Under the pieces are notes generated by a model. It was not told the DNA's origin, ran no database searches, and worked only from the letters and a program-made list of their open reading frames with translations. From a bacterium (GTDB lineage: Bacteria > UBA8248): 64,000 bases of DNA. Positions 1 to 9,763 of the stretch are shown piece after piece. How positions within the stretch are numbered: the stretch's first letter is position 1; the number at the start of each line of letters is the position of its first letter. The stretch covers positions 224,001-288,000 of the forward strand of contig OZ241996.1 in the NCBI GenBank assembly GCA_965204535.1. The letters run 5' to 3'. The position numbers were made by a program, and so were the translations under genes.

Positions 1-897
1 ATCGTCGCCGAGGACATCGAAGGTGAGGCGCTCGCGACGCTGGTGGTGAACAAGCTGCGCGGCACGCTCAACTGCTCGGCGGTCAAGGCGCCCGGATTCG
101 GGGACCGCCGCAAGGCCATGCTCGAGGACATGGCGATTCTCACCGGCGGTAAAATGCTGAGCGAGGATTTGGGAATCAAGCTCGAAAACGTATCCGTGGA
201 CGACCTCGGAGAGGCGAAGCGCGTGACCATCGACAAGGACAACAGCACCATCGTCGAAGGAAAGGGCAAGGCCAAGGATATCGAGGGCCGCGTCAAGCAG
301 ATTCGCAACCAGATCGAAGAGACGACGAGCGACTACGATCGCGAGAAACTCCAGGAGCGTCTGGCGAAGCTGGTCGGCGGCGTTGCCGTGATTAACGTAG
401 GCGCCGCCACGGAAGCCGAGATGAAAGAGAAGAAAGCGCGTGTCGAAGACGCCCTGAACGCAACCCGCGCGGCCGTGGAAGAGGGTGTCGTGGCCGGCGG
501 CGGCGTCGCCCTGGTTCGCGCCCAGAAGTCTCTGGGCGATGTCGAGGTGGCGGGCGATCAGCTGGTCGGCATCGATATCCTCTCCCGCACGCTGGAAGCC
601 CCGATGCGTGAGATTGCGAACAATGCGGGCGAGGAAGGTTCTCTGGTCGTTCAGCACGTAAAGGGCCAAAAAGGAAACAACGGCTATAACGCGGCGACAG
701 GCGGCTATGAAGATTTGGTCAAGGCGGGCATCATTGACCCGACCAAAGTGGTGCGCTCCGCGCTTCAAAACGCTGCTTCCGTGGCCGGTTTGATGCTCAC
801 GACGGAGTGCATCATCAGTGACAAGCCGGAGGAAAATGCGGCTGCTGGTATGCCTCCGGGCGGTATGCCTCCGGGCGGTATGGGCGGCATGATGTAA
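1..897 (+). CDS. groEL: Chaperonin GroEL, 5'-truncated by the window edge
   Basis: [46 protein letters not shown] and a GGM-rich tail; the frame is open from position 1. Confidence 0.99.
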   Translation: MVAEDIEGEALATLVVNKLRGTLNCSAVKAPGFGDRRKAMLEDMAILTGGKMLSEDLGIKLENVSVDDLGEAKRVTIDKDNSTIVEGKGKAKDIEGRVKQIRNQIEETTSDYDREKLQERLAKLVGGVAVINVGAATEAEMKEKKARVEDALNATRAAVEEGVVAGGGVALVRAQKSLGDVEVAGDQLVGIDILSRTLEAPMREIANNAGEEGSLVVQHVKGQKGNNGYNAATGGYEDLVKAGIIDPTKVVRSALQNAASVAGLMLTTECIISDKPEENAAAGMPPGGMPPGGMGGMM

Positions 898-915
898 GTT
901 GTCGTCTCGATGTTC

Positions 916-946
916 AAAGGGGGCCTCACGGAGGCCCCCTTTTTTT
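916..946 (+). terminator. Rho-independent terminator after groEL
   Basis: AAAGGGGGCCTC-acg-GAGGCCCCCTTT stem followed by a T run. Confidence 0.9.
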
Positions 947-1025
947 GTGGAGGTTTATTCTGATCCGCTGGTTTGCCTTCTCTCACGTATTCAAGCGATG
1001 ATGAAGATTGAGCAGAGAGGGACGT

Positions 1026-2717
1026 ATGGCGAAAGATAAACCGAACAAACTTCCTTTCACCCTTTTCCTGATATCGTTATCGTTGCACCTGATCGTATTC
1101 GCGGCATCGAGTCATGAATACGTTTGGAGCAAACCCGTCAAGCCAAGCCAGCCTATCAAGTTTCGGGTCGTGTCCGTCGAGAAACCCGAGGAAAAACTTC
1201 CCCCGAACCGCCAAAGTCGAAATCTGTCGAATGCCAACCGGAAAGAAAGTGGCGCCGGCAAACCCGGCAAGACACCACGCTTAAGGCGCGAAGACAGAGA
1301 CCGGCTTCCTTCTCGCAGGGGTATCGTTAGCCCTGAGATAGCGTCTTTGGCGCCAGCCCCAAAACCGAAGGTCCCACCTCCAGCCGCCCTGCCGGTGAGC
1401 CCCAAGCCCCCGGCGGTCGTAACACCGAAGCCTGAACCGAAGAAGGTGGAAAAACCACAGGAAAGGAAATCTCCTGAAACTTCGGAGATAACAGAAACGC
1501 CCCAGCCGACAGAGACGGCGAGCCTTGCGCCGCCACCAGCGCCTTCACCCAAGACCCCGTCGCCCGCGATTCAAGAAAAGATAAAACCAAAGCCAACGGC
1601 AGATGAAACGCCGGGAAAAAAGAAAATAGAATCCCAAACGATTTCCAATATCAAGCCCAAGCCGGTGGTCAAGCAGAAACCGGTAAAACAGGTCGTCAAG
1701 AAAGAACCTCGTAAGGGGGACCAGAAGATCGAGGCGAAGGGGGAAAATACCAAAAAGCCGGAAATGGCCGCATCCTCCCCGGCTCCAAAACCGAAGGCCC
1801 AAGTTCCCGCCGCCCTGCCGGTGAGCCCCAAGCCCCCTGCGGTCGTAACGCCGAAGCCTGAACCGAAGAAGGTGGAAAAACCACAGGAAAGAAAAGCTCC
1901 TGAAACTTCGGAGATAGCAGAAACGCCAAAGCCGACAGAGACGGCGAGCCTTGCGCCGGCGCCCAAGCCTTCACCCAAGACCCCGCCGCCGGAAATTCAA
2001 GAAAAGATAAAACCGAAACCAAAAGCAAAGCCGAAGACAGAAGACAATCCGGAAAAGAAGAAAAGAGAGGTCAAAACGCTTCCCCAAAAGAAGCTTGCGC
2101 CAAAGCCGGTGGTCAAAGAAAAAGCGGTAAAGAAGGTTGTCAAGGAAAAGCCTCGAAAGGAGAACAAGAAAGTCGAGGCGAGGAAACAGACGAAGGAGAA
2201 GGTTGAACTGGCCGCGTTGAAACCGGTTTCTCGACCTGTCCGACCGCGGCCTCCAGCCCCCAAGCGGCCTCAATCCAAAGACCCTTTGGCGCTGTTTCGA
2301 GTGAAGCCCCAGCCCAAAGGCAAGCCCAGGCTCCCGAAGTTCGATCTCTCGGATGAGGCGGCGGACAGAATCGCAAAAAAAAGCTTGTCGGATAAAGAGC
2401 TGGAAAGAGAAGAGGGCGAAACCATTTCGCTTGACACCCGTGATTTCCGATACGCTTCTTATTTCGCTCACATCAAGAGAAGGATCCAAAACGCCTGGAT
2501 ATGGCCGGCGGAGGCGCAAAAAAACAGGGGCAAGCTGTTGTTGCGCTTTAAGCTGCGGAAAAACGGCACTTTGGAAGATGTGCGTTTAATCAGGTCCGCA
2601 GGGGTTCGGATTCTCGATGATTTGGCGATGGCCGCCGTCGCCAAGGCGGCGCCGTTCGAGCCGTTTCCTGAAGGCCTCGAACGCAAGGCGATCACCGCCA
2701 CGTTCGTGTATGAGTGA
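1026..2717 (+). CDS. TonB family energy transducer with a very long Pro/Lys-rich linker
   Basis: N-terminal TM with SLSLH motif; PK-rich linker; C-terminal TonB_C-like domain (YFAHIKRRIQNAW..P, SAGVRILDDLAMAAV..AAPF.PFP). ATG 1026 follows a GAGAGGG RBS. Confidence 0.85.
   Translation: MAKDKPNKLPFTLFLISLSLHLIVFAASSHEYVWSKPVKPSQPIKFRVVSVEKPEEKLPPNRQSRNLSNANRKESGAGKPGKTPRLRREDRDRLPSRRGIVSPEIASLAPAPKPKVPPPAALPVSPKPPAVVTPKPEPKKVEKPQERKSPETSEITETPQPTETASLAPPPAPSPKTPSPAIQEKIKPKPTADETPGKKKIESQTISNIKPKPVVKQKPVKQVVKKEPRKGDQKIEAKGENTKKPEMAASSPAPKPKAQVPAALPVSPKPPAVVTPKPEPKKVEKPQERKAPETSEIAETPKPTETASLAPAPKPSPKTPPPEIQEKIKPKPKAKPKTEDNPEKKKREVKTLPQKKLAPKPVVKEKAVKKVVKEKPRKENKKVEARKQTKEKVELAALKPVSRPVRPRPPAPKRPQSKDPLALFRVKPQPKGKPRLPKFDLSDEAADRIAKKSLSDKELEREEGETISLDTRDFRYASYFAHIKRRIQNAWIWPAEAQKNRGKLLLRFKLRKNGTLEDVRLIRSAGVRILDDLAMAAVAKAAPFEPFPEGLERKAITATFVYE
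1350..2200 (+). repeat. Intragenic tandem duplication, period 426 bp (142 aa)
   Basis: GCCGCCCTGCCGGTGAGCCCCAAGCCCCC at 1383 and 1809; the protein repeats AALPVSPKPPAVVTPKPEPKKVEKPQERK..PETSEI.ETP.PTETASLAP. Boundaries are approximate. Confidence 0.9.
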
Positions 2718-2758
2718 GCCGGGAGCGTTGCTCCCGCCTTTGGGGGCGATATATTCGG

Positions 2759-2811
2759 TTGACACCCGCCGGTGCTGAATTTAGGATGATTTTTTAGCGA
2801 TTCACCGCTAA
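2759..2811 (+). promoter_or_regulatory. Sigma70 promoter with a candidate DtxR-family operator
   Basis: TTGACA(2759)-N17-TAGGAT(2782); palindrome TTAGCG-attcac-CGCTAA at 2794-2811 near the expected +1. Confidence 0.55.
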
Positions 2812-2826
2812 TCAGAGGATTCCCCC

Positions 2827-3498
2827 TTGCCCGAATCATCGCCGCGTTTGAGCAAGCAAATCGAAGATTATCTGAAGAACATCTTCAAGCTTCAACAGGA
2901 AGCATCTCCGGTCACCACGAGCGCGATTGCCGATTGCATGGAAATATCGGCGGCGTCGGTGACGAGCATGGTCAAGAAACTCGACCAGCAGGGCTTGCTC
3001 ACATATACGCCGTATAAAGGGGTCGTCTTGAGCGCAAAGGGCGAGAAAGTGGCCCTGGAGATCATTCGGCATCACCGGTTGCTCGAACTGTATCTCAACC
3101 AGAAGATGGGAATCGAGTGGGACAAGGTGGATGTCGAGGCGGAAGAACTGGAGCATGTCTTGAGCGAAGAGCTGGAAGCCGTTTTGGACAAGGAGCTCGG
3201 CTATCCCACCCTGGATCCCCACGGGGACCCGATTCCCGCCAAAGACGGCACCATGATCGATACGAAGGAAATCGGTCTCCTCTCGCTGGAGGCCGGGCGA
3301 GCCACGAAGATTACCCGTGTGCTACAGGACGACCCGAACATATTGCGCTACCTGGGAGAGCTGGGTTTTTTCCCCGAAATCCCCATCGAGGTCATCGAGC
3401 AATCGCCTCTCGCCGGCACGGTAACGCTGTTGGTCAACGGAAGCCGGCATACGCTGGGCCGTGATATCGCCTCTCGAATTTTCGCCCTGAACGAATAA
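2827..3498 (+). CDS. DtxR/MntR family metal-dependent repressor with C-terminal FeoA domain
   Basis: EDYLKNIF, SVTSMVKKL, RHHRLLELYL, AEELEH, DPHGDPIP motifs. Confidence 0.93.
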   Translation: MPESSPRLSKQIEDYLKNIFKLQQEASPVTTSAIADCMEISAASVTSMVKKLDQQGLLTYTPYKGVVLSAKGEKVALEIIRHHRLLELYLNQKMGIEWDKVDVEAEELEHVLSEELEAVLDKELGYPTLDPHGDPIPAKDGTMIDTKEIGLLSLEAGRATKITRVLQDDPNILRYLGELGFFPEIPIEVIEQSPLAGTVTLLVNGSRHTLGRDIASRIFALNE

Positions 3499-3542
3499 AT
3501 CCGCCATCGTTGGGTTATCGATCATTTTCATGAGGAGAAGAC

Positions 3543-4106
3543 ATGCCCCCCAGGAAACAGACGACCAAAAAGAAGCCCGCCCAAAAAGATTTTGATCACC
3601 GCTTCCGCGCCACCTACGACAAGGACGTCGAGTGGCAAGAAGACGTGAGCAACGAACTGCTGACCCTACCGCCGGGAGTGAAGGTGAAGATTTTCGCGCA
3701 CGACCCGGTGATGAAGCGCATCGACATGAAGGTGAAGTTCCCGAAAGGCTATGTGGAGCCTCGCCATACGCACAAGAGCTGGCATTCCATTTTGGTAACC
3801 CGGGGCAGGATGTGCGTGGCGGGCAAGGATTTAAGGCCGGGCGATTACGTTTTCGGTTGGGATTTGCCGCACGGCCCGTATGAATATCCCGACGGCTGCG
3901 AGGTTTTCGTCGTCTTCATGGGCGACGGCACGCAGCACGTCTGGGAAGAGGAAAAACACCTCAAGCACAAGCTGAAGTGGGAAGCCAGAAGCGCCGCCGG
4001 CAAAAAAGCCGTCGCCAAAGGCGATGCGGCCAGGAAGCAGACGTTGGCCGAGAAAAGGGCGGCCGCGAAATCCGGGGCGAAGAGAAAGACGCGTCGCTCG
4101 GGATGA
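3543..4106 (+). CDS. Cupin-domain (ChrR-like) protein
   Basis: PKGYVEPRHTH...LRPGDYVFG..PHGP cupin motifs; basic N- and C-terminal tails. Confidence 0.7.
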   Translation: MPPRKQTTKKKPAQKDFDHRFRATYDKDVEWQEDVSNELLTLPPGVKVKIFAHDPVMKRIDMKVKFPKGYVEPRHTHKSWHSILVTRGRMCVAGKDLRPGDYVFGWDLPHGPYEYPDGCEVFVVFMGDGTQHVWEEEKHLKHKLKWEARSAAGKKAVAKGDAARKQTLAEKRAAAKSGAKRKTRRSG

Positions 4107-4110
4107 CGTG

Positions 4111-5130
4111 ATGACGCCGCAGCGAATCGCCGTGATCGGCGCCGGCGCCTGGGGGACGGCGCTGGCGGATTTGTTCTCTGAAACCGGCCACGAGGTGATG
4201 CTCTGGGTGTTCGAGGCCGACCTTTGCGCCCGCATGGCCGCCCAGCATGAAAACGACCTGTACCTGCCCGGCGTCGCCCTGCATGAAAACCTGCGCTTCA
4301 CGCCCGATCTGGCCGAAGCCGCCTCGGCGGGCCAGGACGTCCTCGTGAGCGTGATGCCGAGCCACGTCGTCCGGGCGGTGTGGACGAAGCTCGCGCCTTC
4401 GGTTCACGAGGAAACGCTCGTCGCAAGCGCCACGAAGGGCGTGGAAGAGAAAACGCTGCTCCTGCCCACCCAGGTTATCTCCGGGTGTCTCGCCGAGGCG
4501 GGCGGCGCCGAGCGTGCCCTCGCATGTCTCTCGGGGCCGACGTTCGCCCGCGAACTCGCGGAGAGAAAACCCACGGCCGTCACGGCGGCGTCGGACGATT
4601 CCGGTGCCGCGAAAGCGATTCAGGAAACCCTCTCGACACCCAGTTTCAGGATATACACGGGCGAAGACCCGGTCGGCGCGCAGCTCGGTGGAGCGCTCAA
4701 GAACGTCGTCGCCCTGGCGGCGGGCATCGCCGACGGCATGGAACTTGGGCTGAACGCGCGCGCGGCGCTCATCGTGCGCGGGCTGGCCGAGATCGCGCGC
4801 CTGGGCGCCGCGATGGGCGGCCGGGCGGAGACCTTCGCGGGTCTGGCGGGCATGGGCGATCTGGTGCTCACGTGCACGGGCGACCTGAGCCGGAACAGGA
4901 CGGTGGGCGTGCGGCTGGGCGGGGGAGAGCCCCTGCAGAAGATACTCGAATCCATGACGGCCGTGGCCGAGGGCGTATCCACCGCGCCGGCGGCGGTGGG
5001 GCTCGCGGATGAGTACGGCGTGGAGATGCCCATATGCCGCGAGGTGCACGCCGTGTTGTTCGAGGGCAGAAGTCCCAAGGACGCCGTGTGCGACCTCATG
5101 GCGCGTCCGCTCAGGGCCGAACTCCCCTAG
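4111..5130 (+). CDS. gpsA: NAD(P)H-dependent glycerol-3-phosphate dehydrogenase
   Basis: IGAGAWGTALA, SATKG, LSGPTFA, GALKNV.A.AAG, GLAGMGDLVLTC...SRNR..G, AEG. Confidence 0.96.
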   Translation: MTPQRIAVIGAGAWGTALADLFSETGHEVMLWVFEADLCARMAAQHENDLYLPGVALHENLRFTPDLAEAASAGQDVLVSVMPSHVVRAVWTKLAPSVHEETLVASATKGVEEKTLLLPTQVISGCLAEAGGAERALACLSGPTFARELAERKPTAVTAASDDSGAAKAIQETLSTPSFRIYTGEDPVGAQLGGALKNVVALAAGIADGMELGLNARAALIVRGLAEIARLGAAMGGRAETFAGLAGMGDLVLTCTGDLSRNRTVGVRLGGGEPLQKILESMTAVAEGVSTAPAAVGLADEYGVEMPICREVHAVLFEGRSPKDAVCDLMARPLRAELP

Positions 5131-5257
5131 GCGGCCGCGCGCAAATGCGCGCGAGGCGAAAATTTTTTTTGCCGCTGAATCTGAGTACGCGACGCTCATA
5201 TTTGTACGGTAACCTTTTGTATTACAATCGGTTAAACGGAAAGTAAATTTCAGGAAT
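5080..5257 (+). repeat. att-like direct repeat, copy 1 (gpsA 3' end plus downstream sequence)
   Basis: Aligns with 41643-41841: 46/51 identical over the last 17 codons, then shared blocks TTTTTTGCCGCT..ATCTGAGT, ACGCTCA, TAACC.TTT.TATTACAA and TTTCAGGAAT. Confidence 0.85.
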
Positions 5258-5580
5258 ATACTGAATGGTAACCCTATACTGCGAACCACCACTGAAAACC
5301 TTCAGCGGCGGCTCGGCTAGGTGAGTATTTATGTCTACGACAACGATACTATCGGGCGAACAGAATGCCAGACTGTATGAGTTGACAAGCACTTGCGGGG
5401 CGGACTCAGGAAGACGCCCCGACAGGAGCGCTCCGAGATACGCAGGAAATGGTATGGACGCCTACCCGATAACCGAGTGCCGCGGTTCGAGAAGGTTGAT
5501 ACTGGACCTCGAGGGTCTGTGGCACTCTGAGATGCTCAAGGGGAATACATGGTGTCTCCCCGGGTCAACCGGAGGGTCCA

Positions 5581-6180
5581 ATGATGAAGGATGGCAGAAC
5601 GGTCGTCGGTGTGGATACGGCGAAAAGCGTGTTTCAGTTGTACTGGGTCGAGTTGGAGACGGGAAAGAGCATGGCCGCAGCCCTCGGCCGGGTCTCGAAG
5701 CGGCTGCCGACGATGGTCGTGGACGCCCTGCGAGAGCAATGGGCGCGCGTGGCTCGGCTCGACGAGGAGGTTCGCGGTATCGAGCGCCGCCTGAAGCTGT
5801 GGCACCGGGACAACGCCGCGAGCCGCAGGGTGGCGGAGATCCCCGGAGTCGGTTTGCTGTGCGCGACCGCTTCGGTGGCCGCGATGGGCGATCCCGCCAC
5901 GTCGGGACCGGCGGCAGGATGCGCGTGCTCGGAATCTCCAAGCGGGGCGACAGGTATTTGCGCACCTTGTTGATACACGGCGCCCGCGCCGCAATCGTTC
6001 ACGGCAAGGCGTCGCGCGAATGGGTATTGCGCCTGGCCGGACGGCGGCCCCCGAACGTGGTCGTTGTCGCTCTGGCGAACAAGATGGCGCGCACGATCCG
6101 GGCCCTGCTGGCCCATAACCCGGGAATACCAGCGAAACTTTGTCGGCCATCCTGCGTGAGCCCGGATGGCGAGAGAAAAC
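5581..6180 (+). pseudogene. IS110/IS1111 transposase pseudogene (internal deletions and frameshift)
   Basis: VGVDTAKSVFQL (first RuvC-like D) and EIPGVGLL.ATA..AAMGD in one frame; LGISKRGDRYLRTLLIHGARA...ALANKMAR in another. Far shorter than a full ~340 aa enzyme. Confidence 0.88.
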
Positions 6181-6236
6181 ACGAAACCGGAAAGGAGATG
6201 ACACACCAAAGGATTGCGCAAGGCAGGATGAAGTGA

Positions 6237-6411
6237 GATGGCGAACAGGTCAGACCGCGGCCCGCAAAGTCTGTATGGCAACGAAGGCGAAAACCTTGAA
6301 GAGGAAATGAGGCGCGGGTCGGCTGATTCCATCAGGGCCGGCAGGCATGGTGTCCTGTAACGACAGGCCGAATATAAAGCTGCAACCTGATCGTCAGACG
6401 CACTGAATCGG
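6237..6411 (+). ncRNA. Candidate IS1111 3' non-coding guide (bridge/seek) RNA region
   Basis: Lies after the transposase and before IRr; contains motifs I recall from IS1111 right ends (GGTCAGACC, GATTCCATCAGGGCC, ACAGGCCGAATATA, GCAACC). Confidence 0.5.
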
Positions 6412-6531
6412 TCCTTGTCGTAAGCGTTCGGGCGGGCCGTGATGGACCCGGCGCCGGGCGCATCGCCTCCATCGGATAGAATTTTCCCGGGCGACTGGTA
6501 ACGCGATTCGACATGTGCTAATGATGTCGGC

Positions 6532-8886
6532 ATGAAGATTCGCGCAGAAGCTGTCGAGACGGAGTTGGCGTTGGCCGAGAGGCCGGATGAGCCATGGCCT
6601 CATTCCCCCGGGTTGTCCACAACCGCAGAGGCGTACTGGCGTTCGCTGTACGAGCGCGAGCGTGCGCGCGCGGAGGCGGCGGAGGCGCGCTGCGAGGAGT
6701 TGCGTTGGGCGGAAGTGGATTCCCGCTCCCGTGCGGGCAAGCTGAAGCGGCATCTCGACGCCAGCCGGAAGAAGCTCGAGGCGGCCGCCGGGGAGGCGAA
6801 GGAAGCCCGCCGCGCGGCGAAGGACGCGCTGTCGCTCAAGGCGGAAGTGGCGCGGCTGGAGAAGCTGCTTGCGGAGGCGGGGGTCGATCCGCGCAAGCGC
6901 AGCCCGCTCATGTCGCTGCGCATGGAGGTCGTCCGGCTTCGCAAGGAGCTCTCGGGCGTGCCGTCGCCGGGGGAGGCGGGGCGGCTGCGCAAGGCCCTGG
7001 AGGAGCGCAAGGAGACGATTCATGCCCTGCGCAAGGAGGTCGGCCGGCGGGAGAAGGAAGTTGCCCGGCTCGAAGATCGTCTGGCCCTGGAGAAGCAGAA
7101 GTCGGCGACCGACAAGGAGACCATTCGGAGCCTGGACGAGGAGGCCATCGGGCTCTACAGGAAGTTGAGGCGATTGCGCGACCAGGCGGAGGTGGTCGAG
7201 TCGCTGTCTGCGGAGGTCTACCGTCTTGAAGTCTCCCTGGGGGCCGTAGGCATTGCGACCGAACGGCTGAAGGCGCGGTTGCTGCGCGCTCTCGAGGCGG
7301 CGCGCTCGAAGTCGCCGTCTCGTGCAGATGAGGAACTGCGCAAGGCCCTGGGGAGGTCGCGGCGCCAGAAGACGGCGCTCAGGTCGCTGTCGAGGGAGAA
7401 CGGGCGTCTTCGCAGGGCGCTCCGCAAGTCAGAGACCATCCGGGCGCGGCTGGAGGCCGATCTCGCGAAGCTTCGCGCCACCGGAGCGGTGCTGGCGAGA
7501 AGACTGTTCGGGCGCAAGAGCGAACGGCAGGAGAGGCCGCGCTCGGAGCGCAGGCGCGGCCGGCAACCCGGCGCCGCCGGTCATGGCCGCACCCCGCGGC
7601 CCGCGCTCGATGAGAGGACCGAAGTTCGCAACCCGCCGGCCGGTGCGCGCGTCTGCGCCGGTTGCGGGAAGCCCTACGTGGCCAATGGCGCCGAGGTCTC
7701 CTCCATCTTCGAGATCGAAGTCTCGGCCCACAAGCGCGTCATCCGCCGTCCGAGATGGCGCAGGAGATGCGCGTGCGCGTCGTCTCCGGTGGAAGTGTCG
7801 GCGCCCGCCGCGCCGCGCCTGTTCGCGGGCACGCCTTACGGGACGAGCGTGTGGGCGCGCTTCCTGTTCGAGCGCTACGCCTGCTTCCGCCCGCTGCGCC
7901 GGGTCGCCGCGTGGCTCTCCGACCAGGGGCTTCCGGTCTCTGCAGGCACACTGGGCGACAGCACGCACCGCTTCACGCCGCTCTTCGAGCCGCTGGCTGC
8001 GGCGATCCTCGACCGCCAGAACGAAGCGGCGGTGCGTCACGGGGACGAGACGACGTGGCGCGTTCAGTCGCTTCGCGAACAAGGACGCTCGAGCCGCGCC
8101 TGGCTGTGGACCTCGGTCAGCGCAGACTCCGTCTACTTCCACGTCGACCCCTCGCGGAGTGCTGAGGTCGCGATGAAGCTGTTCGGCGCGGCCGGCTCCC
8201 ATACGGTCATCGTCTGCGACCGCTACAGCGCCTACAAGAAGCTGGCGCGCATTCCCGGGGGTCTGGTGACTCTCGCATGGTGCTGGAGTCACGTCCGGCG
8301 CGATTATATCCACTGCGCCGCCGGCGATGAGCGGCTGACGCCGTGGTGCGAGAGATGGATCGAGCGGATTGCCTTGCTTTACCGCCTGAACGAGGCGCGC
8401 CTGGCCAGTTACGACCCGGGCGTCGAACGCCAGGATGCGGCGTTCGACGCGGCGCACGACGAATTGAAGAAGGCGCTCAAGGACCTGTTCGCGCAGGCCC
8501 GACGGGAGATGGCCGCTCTGCCCGCGCAGGCGCGCGAGGGCAAGGCGCTTCGCTCGCTGCTGAACCACCGCGAGGGGCTGAGCGTCTTCATCGAACGCCC
8601 CTCGGTGCCGATGGATAACAACGCCAGCGAACGTGCGCTTCGGGGCCCTGTGATCGGCAGGCGGCTCTCGTTCGGCTCCGACAGCGAGGCCGGCGCCAGG
8701 TTTACGGCGATGATGTACTCGGTCCTCGGAACCCTCGCGTCGAACGGGGTCGACCCGCTCCGCTGGCTGGAGGCATGGCTCACGGCCTGCGCGGAGAACG
8801 GCGGCCGGGCGCCCGGGGACCTCTCCGCGTGGCTGCCCTGGTCGATGAGCACGGAGCGCAGGCGCGCCCTCACGGCGCCGGGATGA
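6532..8886 (+). CDS. IS66 family transposase TnpC with a long N-terminal coiled coil
   Basis: LFGRKSER, zinc finger C.GCG...C.C, HGDET, VCDRYSAY, CWSHVRR, DNNASERALR. Confidence 0.92.
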   Translation: MKIRAEAVETELALAERPDEPWPHSPGLSTTAEAYWRSLYERERARAEAAEARCEELRWAEVDSRSRAGKLKRHLDASRKKLEAAAGEAKEARRAAKDALSLKAEVARLEKLLAEAGVDPRKRSPLMSLRMEVVRLRKELSGVPSPGEAGRLRKALEERKETIHALRKEVGRREKEVARLEDRLALEKQKSATDKETIRSLDEEAIGLYRKLRRLRDQAEVVESLSAEVYRLEVSLGAVGIATERLKARLLRALEAARSKSPSRADEELRKALGRSRRQKTALRSLSRENGRLRRALRKSETIRARLEADLAKLRATGAVLARRLFGRKSERQERPRSERRRGRQPGAAGHGRTPRPALDERTEVRNPPAGARVCAGCGKPYVANGAEVSSIFEIEVSAHKRVIRRPRWRRRCACASSPVEVSAPAAPRLFAGTPYGTSVWARFLFERYACFRPLRRVAAWLSDQGLPVSAGTLGDSTHRFTPLFEPLAAAILDRQNEAAVRHGDETTWRVQSLREQGRSSRAWLWTSVSADSVYFHVDPSRSAEVAMKLFGAAGSHTVIVCDRYSAYKKLARIPGGLVTLAWCWSHVRRDYIHCAAGDERLTPWCERWIERIALLYRLNEARLASYDPGVERQDAAFDAAHDELKKALKDLFAQARREMAALPAQAREGKALRSLLNHREGLSVFIERPSVPMDNNASERALRGPVIGRRLSFGSDSEAGARFTAMMYSVLGTLASNGVDPLRWLEAWLTACAENGGRAPGDLSAWLPWSMSTERRRALTAPG

Positions 8887-8890
8887 CGCC

Positions 8891-9763
8891 GTGACCGAGT
8901 GCCGCTACCACGGACGCGACTTCACGACGGAAGAGATGGCGCTGCTGCGCGAACTGATCGCAGGTCCACCTGCGCTCAACCGCCATGCGCTATCGAAGGA
9001 GTTCTGCCGCCGAATCGGCTGGTACAAGCCCGACGGCGGACTCAAGGACATGATGGCCCGGGTGACTATGCTGGCCATGCACAAGGACGGCCTGATCACG
9101 CTGCCCCCACCGAAGTGGCGCCAGAACCGGCCCGGGCCGATCGTCTTCGGACCCGACACCGAACCTCCCCTCATCCCGGCGCCTGAGACCCTCGACGAAG
9201 TCCGCCCCCTCGATATGCGCGTCGCCGTGCGCGGAACCCGCGAGGGCAGGCTCTGGAACGAGTTCGTCGCCCGCTACCACTACCTCGGCTACAAGACCCT
9301 CGTCGGCGCGCAGATGCGCTACGCCGTCCACGACCGGGGCGGCAGGCCCCTCGCCATGCTCGGCTTCTCCACCGCCGCGTGGAAGCTCGCCCCGCGCGAC
9401 AGCTTCATCGGCTGGACGCCGCAGCTGCGCGAGAAGAACCTCCCCCTCGTGGTCGACAACCCGAGGTTCCTCATCCTGCCATGGATCAGGATCCTCAACC
9501 TCGGCTCACACCTCCTCGCCATCATCCGCAGGCGCCTGCCCGAGGACTGGACCGAGCGCTATGGCACGACACCCGTCCTCGTCGAGACCTTCGTCGAGAC
9601 GCCGCGCTACACCGGCGCCGTCTACAGGGCATCGGGGTGGATTCACGTCGGTATGACCCAGGGGCGTGGACGCTACGACAGATACACGAAACGAGACCAA
9701 CCGAAAAAGGACATCTGGCTACGACCGTTGCGCAGAAACTGGAAGCAAGTCCTCAACCGGTAA
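8891..9763 (+). CDS. DUF4338 (Druantia DruA-like) domain protein
   Basis: WNEFVARYHYLGY, GAQMRY, AAWKLAPRD.FIGW, RFLILPW, LGSHLL, DW.ERYG..PVLVETFVE, GAVYRASGWIHVG.TQGRG. Confidence 0.88.
   Translation: MTECRYHGRDFTTEEMALLRELIAGPPALNRHALSKEFCRRIGWYKPDGGLKDMMARVTMLAMHKDGLITLPPPKWRQNRPGPIVFGPDTEPPLIPAPETLDEVRPLDMRVAVRGTREGRLWNEFVARYHYLGYKTLVGAQMRYAVHDRGGRPLAMLGFSTAAWKLAPRDSFIGWTPQLREKNLPLVVDNPRFLILPWIRILNLGSHLLAIIRRRLPEDWTERYGTTPVLVETFVETPRYTGAVYRASGWIHVGMTQGRGRYDRYTKRDQPKKDIWLRPLRRNWKQVLNR

Noticed and set aside
844-894. GGTATGCCTCCGGGC tandem repeat
   Set aside because: Encodes the ordinary GGM-rich GroEL tail.
5331-6236. 301-aa ORF as an intact gene
   Set aside because: A chimera that reads across the IS1111 left end; only its C-terminal part is transposase-derived.
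6412-6419. IS66 TSD TCCTTGTC sharing CCTTGTC with the IS1182/MITE target
   Set aside because: Different transposase family and not in a hairpin; a single instance is compatible with chance.
8891-9763. Complete Druantia defence system
   Set aside because: Only a DUF4338 gene is present, inside an IS; no DruE helicase or other dru genes.
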